Shown: positions 1-11,127, counted from the first letter of the stretch. The stretch is 64,000 nucleotides of DNA from Octopus sinensis (GCF_006345805.1 NC_043021.1:6820001-6884000), one strand, 5' to 3'. A program made the numbers and translations. Notes: a model not told the origin generated them from the sequence alone.

Positions 1-83
1 TAGTCTATCCCGTGCTAAATCATTCATTGTACCCTTTTCTAATAAGAAAGAGTAGAGTGTCATTAAGAAATAAGAAAGAGAAA

Positions 84-682
84 GCAGCGAGCTGGCAGAC
101 TCGTTAGCACGCCGGGCGAAAGCTTAGCGGTATTTCGTCTGCCGCTACGTTCTAAGTTCAAATTCCGCCAAGGTCAACTTTGCCATTCATCCTTTCAGGG
201 TTGATTAAATAAGTACCAGTTACGCACTGGGGTCGATGTAATCGACTTAATACCTATGTCTGTCCTTGTTTGTCCCCTCTATGTTTAGCCTCTTGTGGGT
301 AATAAAGAAATAGGTATTTCATCTGCCGCTACGTTCTGAGTTCAAATTCCGCCGAGGTTGAATTTGCCTTTCATCCTTTCGGGGTCGATTAAATAAGTAC
401 CAGTTATGCACTGGGGTCGATGTAATCGACTTAATACCTATGTCTGTCTTTGTTTGTCCCCTCTATGTTTAGTCCCTTGTGGGTAATAAAGAAATAGGTA
501 TTTCGTCTGCCGTTATGTTCTCAGTTCAAATTCCGCCGAGGTCGACTTTGCCTTTCATCCTTTCGAGGTTGATTAAATAAGTACCAGCAATGCACTGGGG
601 TCGTTACAATCGATTTAATCTGTTTGTCTGTCCTTGTTTGTCCCTTCTGTGTGTAGCTCCTTGTTGGCAGTAAAGAAATAAG
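84..682 (+). mobile_element. SINE-A trimer (one head plus three ~184-bp bodies)
   Basis: A box TGGCAGA, B box GAGTTCAAATTCC; junction AAAGAAATAG|GTATTTC; 24-bp flanking direct repeat at 41-64 and 677-700. Confidence 0.9.
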
Positions 683-832
683 AAAGAGTAGAGTGTCATT
701 TGAGGGGAAAAGTGACTGTCACTTTTTTTTTTTTTTTAGTAAGTTGACCTACCACATAAAGGTGACTTGACTGAAAAATTATGTTAACTATGTAAAAAAT
801 TCTTTTGGGTATATAAAGCAACAGAGCCTCAG

Positions 833-950
833 GTGGTGGTGGTGGTGGTGGTAGTGGTGGTAGTGGTGGTCCTTGTCATTGCTATCATAGTCGTAGTAAT
901 GGTGGAGATAGTGTTGGTAGTAGTAGTAGTAGTAGTAGCAGCAGCAGCAG
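833..950. repeat. (GGT)/(GTA)/(GCA) compound microsatellite
   Basis: Read directly. Confidence 0.9.
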
Positions 951-1231
951 CAAATTATTGTTATACTAATATGAATCAATATAGTATTTCACTGTCCGAA
1001 GTTGCTAAACTAAACAGGTTCTTTTATCGCATGTGAGTAAAAATTATATAAAACAAAAGGCAAACTACAAAAAAAAATAGGAATCCATACAGGTAAGAAA
1101 ATCAATAGTAAACACTATCCGAAAGGAAGTAAAGACTCAAAAGAGATATATATGATTTTTTTTGGGGGGGAGGGCACAAGTGTGGCTGTGTGGTTAAGAA
1201 ACTCACCTTCCTGCCATATGGTTTTGGGTTC

Positions 1232-1600
1232 ACTTCCCACTGTACAGCACCTTGGGCAGGTGTCTTCTACTATAGCCCCAAGGCCAATCAGTGAGTGAAT
1301 TTGACAGACGGAAAGCCTGCCACACACCCACACACTCACACACACACACACTACGTTCTGAGTTCAAATTCTGCCGAGGTCAACTTTGCCTTTCATCCTT
1401 TCAGGGTCGATTAAATAAGTACCAGTTACGCACTGGGGTCGATATAATCAACTTAAACCATTTGTCTGTCCTTGTTTGTCCCCTCTGTGTGTAGTCCCTT
1501 CTGGACAGTAAAGAAATAAGAAGCTTTCTTCCCAACCATTTGGGTCCAGGTTCAGTCCCACTGCATGGATCTTAGGCAAGTGTCTTCTACTATAGCCCCA
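1232..1600 (+). mobile_element. SINE-B 5' part, headless SINE-A body (1352-1519) and a second B fragment
   Basis: Matches family sequences elsewhere in the window. Confidence 0.75.
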
Positions 1601-2008
1601 CTACTCCTGCTCATCATCAAAGATGCACATATTGTCAGCCATTAAGGGACATGTGTAAATGGTTAAGGTCAAGCAACTAACAAGTAAATCTAAGGTATTA
1701 AGCAGAATATTTGTTAAAACGATATTTCTGCTTCAGCAACCCAGAATTATATCTGTCTGAAATGTAATGGAAAATAGGTCAGTTTCAAAACATTGATGTT
1801 CATGTGACAAAAGCAAAGTTTGAAGGGAATAGTAGTCATTTCCTTTGAATTCTAGATAGAATCAAATACAAAAGAAAACAATAAAAATTTTGTTGCAATG
1901 TCACCAATAACTTGCAGAGTGTACTGGGTGTTTTTCATTTCTTTTCATTGGATCAGCACTTTTGGGGTTGGTTACCTTGCAGTTTTTAAAATGAAAGAGA
2001 ACCCCCAT

Positions 2009-2359
2009 CAAGCTACTTATCACACAGCAGAGGACAAACAAGGACAGACAAACGGATTAAGTCGATTACATCGACCCCAGTGCATAACTGGTACTTATTT
2101 AATTGACCCTGAAAGCATGAAAGGCAAAGTCGACCTCGGCGGAATTTGAACTCAGAACGTAGCGACAGACGAAATACTGCTAAGCATTTCGCCCAGCATT
2201 CTAATGATTCTGCCAGCTCGCCGCCTTTGGGCTTCTAGTTTCTGTCTACCAAATCTACTCACAAGACTTTGGTTGGTCTGAGGTTGGGACACTTGCCCAA
2301 GCTGACATGCAGTGGGACTGAACACTGAACCATGTAGTTGGGAAGTAAGTTTCTTACCA
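2009..2359 (-). mobile_element. B-A-B SINE chimera, inverted copy of 3585-3935
   Basis: Shares locus-specific junctions with 3585-3935. Confidence 0.85.
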
Positions 2360-3570
2360 CTTTATTGTTTTGAGAAAATGGTAATGAAGAGAATAACAGG
2401 GGGAATAGTGTTGGGGATGGGGTGAGAATAATAGAGGAGACAAAGAAAAGAAGCAACAAGGGTACTGTCAGGGATTAACCTGAAGGAAAAGATTGACAAG
2501 GTGATAAATGGCTAACGATTGGGTTGAGTAGGTGGACTCAGTGATGGCGTAGGTCAATCGACCTACATTGCCAACATGGGTTGGACAGATCATCAGAGTC
2601 CAAGACAGTTCTTATTGAAGGACCTTTCTCAAGGAATTCTTTTATTCTTTTACTTGTTCAAGTCATTTGACTGCAGCCATGCTGGAGTACTGCCTGAAAG
2701 GGTCTTTTAGTTGAAGAAATCAATCCCAGGACTTATTCTTTGTAAGCCCAGTACTTATTTTATTGATCTCTTTTGTTGAACCACCACTAGTATATATTGG
2801 GATCACCAATACTTTATTATCTCCCCTTCTTTCTACTTCTGTCAAACCTTTTTTTCCCAACCAGTCACCATACTTAATCACTAAATCCACAAGTTTTTTA
2901 TTCTCTCTGTTTATTTTCTCTTATTCCTTTCTGATAAAGAGCATAAGCTCGAAACATAAAAGACTTTCTCACTTTTCCAAGTGTCAAACTAATACATCTG
3001 CTTGTTGTTCATACAACTGTCTCTGTTTTCTGTTTTCCTGTAAATTTCAACATATATGTGTGTGGGTGGATGGATGGATGGGTGGATGGATAGAATGATT
3101 GATTGATAGATAGATAGATAGAAGACGGACAGACAGACAGATAGATAGATAGATAAATAGACAGACAAACACACACACACACACACACACACATTTATGT
3201 ATATGTGTGTGTGCTGTTAAAAATGTATATTAACAAACACAAAAGTAGAAAAACAAATAAAAGCAGTAAGAAACCATCAACAAAAGATAGGTTACTCACA
3301 CCTGTGGCTATATATTGGGTTAAGTTGGGATTTTAAGAGCTAAGACTTATCTCGTATATATCTTAAATTGACTTCTTTGAATGAATTCAAATGAAACCAC
3401 ACCCATCAAGTGATATTTTACTAAGCAAAAGAACATGATGGTGGTAGTGGTGGTGATGGCAACATTGACAATGATGGTGGTGGTGGTGGTGGTGGTGGTG
3501 GTGGTGGTGATGATAAGAGAGGGTATGTTGGTGATGGTAAAAAGTAAAAAAAAAATAGACAGAATAGATG

Positions 3571-4024
3571 TAGGCGTAGCTCTATGGTAAGAAACTTACT
3601 TCCCAACTACATGGTTCAGTGTTCAGTCCCACTGCATGGCACCTTGGGCAAGTGTCCCAACCTCAGACCAACCAAAGCCTTGTGAGTAGATTTGGTAGAC
3701 AGAAACTAGAAGCCCAAAGGCGACGAGCTGGCAGAATCGTTAGCACACTGGGCGAAATGCTTAGCAGTATTTCGTCTGTCGCTACGTTCTGAGTTCAAAT
3801 TCCGCCAAGGTCGACTTTGCCTTTCATCCTTTCAGGGTCGATTAAATAAGTACCAGTTACGCACTGGGGTTGATATGATCAATTTAATCCGTTTGTCTGT
3901 CCTTGTTTGTCCTCTGCTGTGTGATAAGTAGCTTGCTTACTAATGCTCCAGGTTCAGTTCCACTGCGAGGCACCTTGGGCAACTATAGCCTCGGACTGAC
4001 CAAAGCCTTATGAGTGGATCCATC

Positions 4025-4050
<26 letters not shown>
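3571..4050 (+). mobile_element. SINE-B head, SINE-A (3717-3915), second SINE-B 5' part
   Basis: Family motifs read directly. Confidence 0.85.
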
Positions 4051-4059
<9 letters not shown>

Positions 4060-4282
4060 GAAACAGCAGCCAAATCTCCTTTGAATCACATCCAGCTGTC
4101 CTGTAAGTAAGTGAACATATGCCTGGATGGGTATATTATGTAAGTTGGTCGTGGCTGGAATGGCTTTTAATTTGTAGTAACAAGGTTGGGGCTAAAGAGC
4201 CACACCATAGCCAACCACCATCGTCCACCCACATCTGCACCCACACCTGTACCACAGGTAGATAAATCACCTCCAAGGTAAA

Positions 4283-4321
4283 CTATAACAACTACCACCA
4301 CCACTACTATTATTTCCACTG

Positions 4322-4370
<49 letters not shown>

Positions 4371-4925
4371 ACCTACCAACACTATTACTACTACTACTAC
4401 CATCACAACCACCACTACTACTACTACCACCACCATCACTACACCTACCACCACCACCACTACTCCTACTACTATTCCACCACCACTACTACTACCATCA
4501 CAACGACCACCACTTCTACTACTATTCCACCACTACTACTACTACTACTACCATCACGACGACCACCACCACCACTACCGCCACTACAGCCACCACCACT
4601 ACCGACTGAGCTGACAGGCAGTGCAGAGGGTAATATTTTCACAACTGGTTTCCACCAGTTCATTAGTTACATGTGACTGAGCAAGGTTGTGATGAACAGA
4701 ACAGTGAGCTGGAGCTTGTTGTTGTTGACGATGATGATGATGATGCTGTTATTGTTGTTGCTATTGTTTTCACTGTTGTTGACGTTGCTATTGTTTTTTG
4801 ATGCTATTGACATTATTGTTGCTATTGTTGTTGATGTCATTTTTGTTGTTCATATTTTTGCTCCTGTTTTTGTTGACATTGTTGTTGCTGTTGTTGTTGC
4901 TGTTGCTGCTGCTGTTGCTGTTGAG
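4283..4925. repeat. (CTA/CCA)n tract and (GTT/GCT)n tract
   Basis: ~4283-4600 and ~4715-4925. Confidence 0.9.
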
Positions 4926-5278
4926 TGAAGCGGTCTTCGTCCCAGTAGTGGGAGAAGTCCGAAACGTGGTCCTTTTGCTATTCGTAAGACCCGCAGAAGA
5001 GAAAGCAGGTCAACCCCCCGACACCAGGAGCATCGACGGATGGATGAATGCGCATCCAGGCTCAGCGGTTGCATAGGAAGTCGGGGACAGGAAATAGGAA
5101 GAAAGAGTGAGAGAAAGTTGGGGCGAAAGAGTACAACAGGGGTCGCCACCACCCCCTGCCGGAGCCTCGTGGAGCTTTAGGTGTTTTCGCTCAATAAACA
5201 CACAACGCCCGGTCTGGGAATTGAAACCGCGATCCTCCGACCGTGAGTCCGCTGCCCTAACCATTGGGCCATTAAGCC
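4900..5278 (-). mobile_element. SINE-C head with a CpG-rich alternative tail ending in (CAA/CAG)n
   Basis: tRNA-like head ATGGCCCAATGGTTAGGGCAGCGGAC; 3' half differs from the C copy at 15612-15994. Confidence 0.75.
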
Positions 5279-5709
5279 TACACTGCTGTTGCTGCTACTG
5301 TTGTTGGTGGTGTTTAGCTGCCCACTTTTACACTGTTGATAAAGCTGGAGCATCAGCCCCTAAAGTAAGCATCCATGTTAGCATGAATATCCTAAGGAGC
5401 TAAACCCTTTTTCTGCAGATACTTGGTAACGCCATGATGCAAAATTTTGTCCATTTTCAGGAGAAGTCACTACTAGTTACTTTTGGAATCTTCTTTGAAC
5501 GGTCAGAAGTCAGTTTAGCTGGAAAGAAACAAAGCAGTTATTCATAAGAAGAGTTGGAATTCCTGCAAGATTTCACAGCTCTAGCATCACTCCTTCAAAG
5601 TCAGCCTTTCAACTTTTCAGCTCATATCAAGTGACTACACAGGAGCTCCTACGTTGGTTCAACTAACGACCAGCCACAGCTACTTTTACGGAGTGGTGAA
5701 ATATCAAGT

Positions 5710-7125
5710 TTAACCCTTTTGTTACCGTATTTATTTTTAGATGCTCTGTGTTTCTTTCAATTACTTTAAATATAACAAAGAATTTAGTAAAATAACATAG
5801 TTATCATTCAGCTAGTGTTAGGGAACATAAATTGTGACTAAGGTTTGGTGGAAGATTTTAATTCAAAACTTATGAAAACAAGACATTTGTACTACAGAGC
5901 CAGAGGCAGTGTCAGCCAGGTTGGTATCGTAAAGGTTAAATATAACAAAGAATTTAGTAAAATAACTTAGTTATCATTAAGCTAGTGTTAGGAACATAAA
6001 TTGTGACTAAGGTTTGGTGGAAGATTTTTAATTCAAAACTTATGAAAACAAGACATTTGTACTACAGAGCCAGAGGCAGTGTCAGCCAGGTTGGTATCGT
6101 AAAGGTTAAATATAACAAAGAATTTAGTAAAATAACTTAGTTATCATTAAGCTAGTGTTAGGAACATAAATTGTGACTAAGGTTTGGTGGAAGATTTTTA
6201 ATTCAAAACTTATGAAAACAAGACATTTGTACTACAGAGCCAGAGCAGTGTCAGCCAGGTTGGTATCGTAAAGGTTAATATAACAAAGAATTTAGTAAAA
6301 TAACTTAGTTATCATTAAGCTAGTGTTAGGAACATAAATTGTGACTAAGGTTTGGTGGAAGATTTTTAATTCAAAACTTATGAAAACAAGACATTTGTAC
6401 TACAGAGCCAGAGGCAGTGTCAGCCAGGTTGGTATCGTAAAGGTTAAATATAACAAAGAATTTAGTAAAATAACTTAGTTATCATTAAGCTAGTGTTAGG
6501 AACATAAATTGTGACTAAGGTTTGGTGGAAGATTTTTAATTCAAAACTTATGAAAACAAGACATTTGTACTACAGAGCCAGAGGCAGTGTCAGCCAGGTT
6601 GGTATCGTAAAGGTTAATATAACAAAGAATTTAGTAAAATAACTTAGTTATCATTAAGCTAGTGTTAGGAACATAAATTGTGACTAAGGTTTGGTGGAAG
6701 ATTTTAATTCAAAACTTATGAAAACAAGACATTTGTACTACAGAGCCAGAGGCAGTGTCAGCCAGGTTGGTATCGAAAAGGTTAAATATAACAAAGAATT
6801 TAGTAAAATAACTTAGTTATCATTAAGCTAGTGTTAGGAACATAAATTGTGACTAAGGTGTGATAGAAGATTTTAATTCAAAACTTATGAAAACAAGACA
6901 TTTGTACTACAGAGCCAGAGGCAGTGTCAGCCAGGTTGGTATCGAAAAGGTTAAATGTAACAAAGAATTTAGTAAAATAACTTAGTTATCATTAAGCTAG
7001 TGTTAGGAACATAAATTGTGACTAAGGTTTGGTGGAAGATTTTTAATTCAAAACTTATGAAAACAAGATATTTTGTACTACAGAGCCAGAGCCGGTTTCA
7101 GCCAGGCTGGTAACGAAAGGGTTAA
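5710..7125 (+). mobile_element. TTAA MITE family F expanded into 8 tandem ~169-bp units
   Basis: TTAA-CCCTTTTGTTACC left end, GGTAACGAAAGGG-TTAA right end; units start at 5771, 5941, 6111, 6279, 6449, 6618, 6787, 6956. Confidence 0.92.
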
Positions 7126-7390
7126 ACAGTATCTGATAATAAAGCTTACCTTTTTTCTCTTTGTAAATGAAATGTAAGAGAGAGAGAGAGGCATACATAT
7201 ATATATATATATATACATACATATATACATACACACAAACCTACATACACACATATATATATACACATACATATATACATACATACATTAACACATATAT
7301 ATATATTACGGAAAAGAAGACCACAAAATGATGATATTGCCTCGCCACAAAGCAACTATTTAATTTCAGCTTAACAGCAACAAAGTCATC

Positions 7391-7601
7391 CCCCCGCCCA
7401 GCCACTCATCACCGATAACCTCACACCCCACCACACGTTTTACCTCAGTTTGTTGCATTTACAAAGATTATTACTAATTAATTATTTTCTTCTTTTTCTT
7501 TTTTTTTTCTCCCGTATATACGACAGGCATGAGTTGATTAATTTTTTGAGCCACAAGTGCCAGAAGGAGAGCGCTGAAATCGGGGACACATCTTGGTGGC
7601 C
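7391..7601 (+). promoter_or_regulatory. Putative USH1C 5' region: GC box (7391-7399), pyrimidine tract, possible acceptor at 7526, 5'UTR
   Basis: CCCCGCCCC at 7391; (T/C) tract ~7484-7513 followed by cgacag|g; unique, CpG-retaining sequence upstream of the ATG. Confidence 0.4.
7529..7537 (+). other. Minimal uORF ATG-AGT-TGA in the putative 5'UTR
   Basis: Read directly; ends 64 nt before the main ATG. Confidence 0.45.
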
Positions 7602-7637
7602 ATGGAGAGACGCGTAGCAAGAAGCTTCATTCAAAGG
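7602..7637 (+). CDS. USH1C: Harmonin coding exon 1 (MERRVARSFIQR)
   Basis: gccATGg start, 12 codons, phase-0 donor AGG|gtacgt. Resembles human MDRKVAREFRHK, which as I recall also ends at a phase-0 intron after codon 12. Confidence 0.9.
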
Positions 7638-7879
7638 GTACGTAGAATCATATCAAACTAACACACCTCGATATTCATGACTTGTGGAGTATGTGAAGCA
7701 TATATACTTTTACTAGGCATAATTGTATATGGTGTAAAATATGTAAATATATGCATCTATATTATTATTTATTAATTCAAAACAAATAGACTGTTTTGAA
7801 TTAATAAATAATTATTGATGTAAGTCAATTGTTATTATCGATATTTCTCCATTTTCTGGCATATATATCTATATATCTA

Positions 7880-7990
<111 letters not shown>

Positions 7991-8029
7991 CTACTGTCCC
8001 TCTAGCTTCTAACGTCTGACCTCTGCCTG

Positions 8030-8240
8030 AAGTCAGAATGCCATGATAGATTGTTAGCTCCTACACGCATTTTTTTCTCTCCTTGTTTTTTTTCTGTGTA
8101 TCTTTCTGTCGAAGAGCATAGGCTCGAAACGTAAAAGACTTGTTCTATTTCTATTCCTGAGCGCCATACTAATACATTTGTTTGTTTGTACTCCATCTGC
8201 CTTTGTCTTTTGTTTATTTTTGTAAACCTTCCCGTTATAT
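8030..8240 (+). mobile_element. Penelope-like element terminal fragment
   Basis: GAAGAGC..GCTCGAAACGT motif and pyrimidine-rich flank ending in (AT)n; relatives at ~2895-3050 (+) and ~15345-15520 (-). Confidence 0.6.
8101..8138 (+). ncRNA. Minimal type-I hammerhead ribozyme motif (core CUGUCGA variant)
   Basis: TCTTT-CTGTCGA-A-GAGC(atag)GCTC-GAAAC-GT-A-AAAGA: stems I and II pair; palindromic ACGT stem III. Confidence 0.55.
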
Positions 8241-8252
8241 ATATATATGTAT

Positions 8253-8448
8253 ATCATCATCATCATCATCATCGTTTAACGTCCGCTTTCCATGCTAGCA
8301 TGGGTTGGACGATTTTGACTGAGGGCTGGCGAGCCAGATGGCTGCACCAGGCTCCAATCTTGATCTGGCAGAGTTCCAGATCAAGATTGGAGCCTGGTGC
8401 AGCCATCTGGCTTGCCAGCCCTCAGTCAAAATCGTCCAATCCATGCTA
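8253..8448 (-). mobile_element. SINE-E (RTE-related, (GAT)n tail) 3' end with fold-back duplication
   Basis: catcatcatcgtttaacgtcc tail; 73-bp inverted arms. Confidence 0.88.
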
Positions 8449-8719
8449 AGATTTTTCTATATGGTAGACCACTGTTTTAAATTGATATTAATCAAATTAA
8501 TATTCAATTTATCACCCTTATGATTTTAAATTTATACCTTTGCCCATATAATACAGTAAATGAATTGATTGCATCGCAATCCTTAACATTTATGTATTAA
8601 CTTTGTTGGGTACTTCACTAGCAGTATATTGGATATATGTTATCCCATGGAGGGTTGCATTTACAACCCCTATCTCAATTTGTATATATATATATATATA
8701 TAAAGGTAACTCGTGAAGA

Positions 8720-9700
8720 ATACCGTTGTTTTCAGTTATATTATTCAATTTTCTTAAAAGTATGGAAATCTTTTTAAAATCCTTCTTTGTCAGAATTTTC
8801 TTCAAATTTTCTACACTGATGTAGTTTTGTATGCTGATGTCAGCAATGGAGGCTTCTGATTAGCTAAAATTCCATAACTTTAAATACCTGTAACTTTTTG
8901 AATTATTGATTTCTTGAGAAAATGAACCAGCATTTTCGTAATCAACAGTATGTCAAACTTCTGCCCGTCTCCCCCACCCCAAACCAGCCTTAAACGTTTT
9001 TTTTAAAACACAAACCCTCATTTTGGGCTATGAGGAATATAAATCTGCAAAAAAATTGGCAAAAATCGACATTTCTAAATTACCCCACACACACATACAC
9101 CCTTTCCTTCATTTAAAAATTTTTTCTCTTTTTTTTTTTTTCAAAATATGCGGAAAAATACGGAGATTATGATTCTGAAAAAAAATTCCAAAAATCTTTA
9201 TAAATTTTTTTTTTTAAGAATTTTTTTTTTTTTTTTTTTCTAAATATGTGGAAAAATACGGACATCATGATTCGGACAAAAATTTCAAAACATTTCTGTA
9301 CTCACGGGTACGGTTTTAGGGTTAGAGTTAGGGTTAGGGTTTTAGGATTAGGGTTAGTGATGGGAAAAAAAAGTCAAAATTGAAGAAGTTGGGGGAGGGG
9401 AAAGAGGGGAGAAATTTTCCCAATGCCGATTTTTGGCAGTTTTCCGGAACCTCCGTATCCGAAAACGGAGATTTTTGGCAAAAATGATTACAAAAACAAA
9501 CAAATTTAGGAGAAAATGGGGGGGGGTGAAGCCTTTTTTTTTTTTTTTTTTTTTTTGAGATTCTGACGGTATAAAGGATTCTTAAAAAAAAGTCCCCCCG
9601 ATGAATTACTTTGAGAAGGATTTGGTTATTTGTCGAGCGACCAAATCCTTGTTTCCTTGCAGTGGAAATAAATAGTCTGTATCGCATTATTTTTCTTTAA
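8720..9700. mobile_element. Unclassified, probably DNA-transposon/Helitron-derived remnant
   Basis: Internal ~98-bp-period direct repeat (9144, 9242) and a degenerate TTAGGG tract; no termini found. Confidence 0.3.
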
Positions 9701-9936
9701 TAGGGGAGAGAACTCTGAGAGGAATTTCGTAAAACGGTGTCCAGAAATTTATGGCTAAATCACTAGAAATCATTATTCCTGCTTTTAGAGGTTGTGTACG
9801 TGGATTTAGGGACCAGTGTTTCGTAGCCCCTGTTTCATACGTCGTCTATAAACCTCAGTTGTTGATCTTAAATTGTCTCAGAAGCCATTTATGACTCAGT
9901 GTTATACAACCGCTATAAGAGTTGATAATCTGTTAT

Positions 9937-10527
9937 ACTCTTTTATTCTTTTACTTGTTTCAGTCATTTGACTGCGGCCATGCTGCAGCAGTACCCTAAG
10001 TCGACCAAATCGACCCTAAGACTTATTCTTTGTAAGCCTAGAACTTACTCTATCGGTCTCTCTTGCCGAACCGCTAGGTTTAGGGATATGTAAACACACC
10101 AGCATCGGTTGTCAAACGATGGTGGGGACAAATACAGACACACAAATACATATATATATATATAATATATATATATATATATAATATATATATATATATA
10201 TAAATGACTCTTTTACTTGTTTCAGTCATTTGACTGCGGCCATGCTGGAGCACCGCCTTTAATCGAGCAAATCGACCCCAGGACTTATTCTTTGGGAGCC
10301 TAGTACTTATTCTATCGATACCTTTTGCCGAACCTCTAAGTTACGGGGACGTAAACACACCACCATCGGTTGTCAAGTAATGTCGGGGGGACAAACACGG
10401 ACACACAAATACATGCATGCATACATACATACATACATACATACATACATAATACATACATACATACATACATCATACATACATACATACATGCATACAT
10501 GCATACATGCATACATACTACATACAT

Positions 10528-10577
<50 letters not shown>

Positions 10578-10732
10578 CGGGCTTCTTTCAGTTTCCGTCT
10601 ACCAAATCCACTCACAAGGCTTTGGTCTGCCCGAGGCTATAGTAGAAGAGACTTACCCAACGTGCCACGCACTGGGACTGAACCCGAAGCCATGTGGTTG
10701 GGTGGTAAGCTTCTTACCACACAGCCATGCCT
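9937..10732 (-). mobile_element. SINE-B 3' part (9937-10205) plus full SINE-B (10207-10732)
   Basis: Tail ACTCTTTTACTTGTTTCAGTCATTTG, internal microsatellite, tRNA-like head; the CCTTGGGCAAGTG core resembles the CORE-SINE domain (from memory). Confidence 0.9.
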
Positions 10733-10814
10733 GAACCTATCGTGCATATTTCTTTTATTAAATGTCCAACATACATCATGTCTGAATAAATAACAGAATA
10801 ACATAGCCCCAGAT

Positions 10815-11127
10815 AACTGACACTCCGTCGGTTGCAGCGACGAAGGCTCCGGTTCATCCGATGTACAGAACAGCCGGCTAGTGAAATTAACGTGCAATTG
10901 GTTGAGCACTTCGTAGACACTTGTACCCTTAAGATAGTTCTCAAGGACACTCGGCGTGACAAGACTGAATCTTTGAATTACTGGTACTCATTTTTGCCAG
11001 ATAAGTGGACTGGGGCAACGTGGGATAAAGTGTCTTGCTCAAGGATACAACGCACCGCCGTATATCGAACTTACGACCTTATGACCATGAGCCGAGTACC
11101 CTAACCACTAAACCACGTGCCTTCGCC
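10815..11127 (-). mobile_element. SINE-D head with tail type T1
   Basis: Head GGTTTAGTGGTTAGGGTACTCGG, CCTTGAGCAAGACAC core; tail shared with 15612-15994. Confidence 0.8.

Noticed and set aside
84-682. Retrozyme (ribozyme-containing tandem repeat)
   Set aside because: No CTGANGA...GAAA core or HDV-like fold seen on either strand of the unit.
3296-3430. Minus-strand exon bounded by AG and GTGAGT
   Set aside because: Stops in all three frames.
4924-4990. Hammerhead motif near GTCCGAAACGT
   Set aside because: GAAAC is present but no CTGANGA upstream at the right spacing.
8333-8411. Paired atonal/Atoh1-type E-boxes (GCCAGATGGC) near a hair-cell gene
   Set aside because: The motif is part of a high-copy SINE and doubled by the fold-back; no locus-specific evidence.
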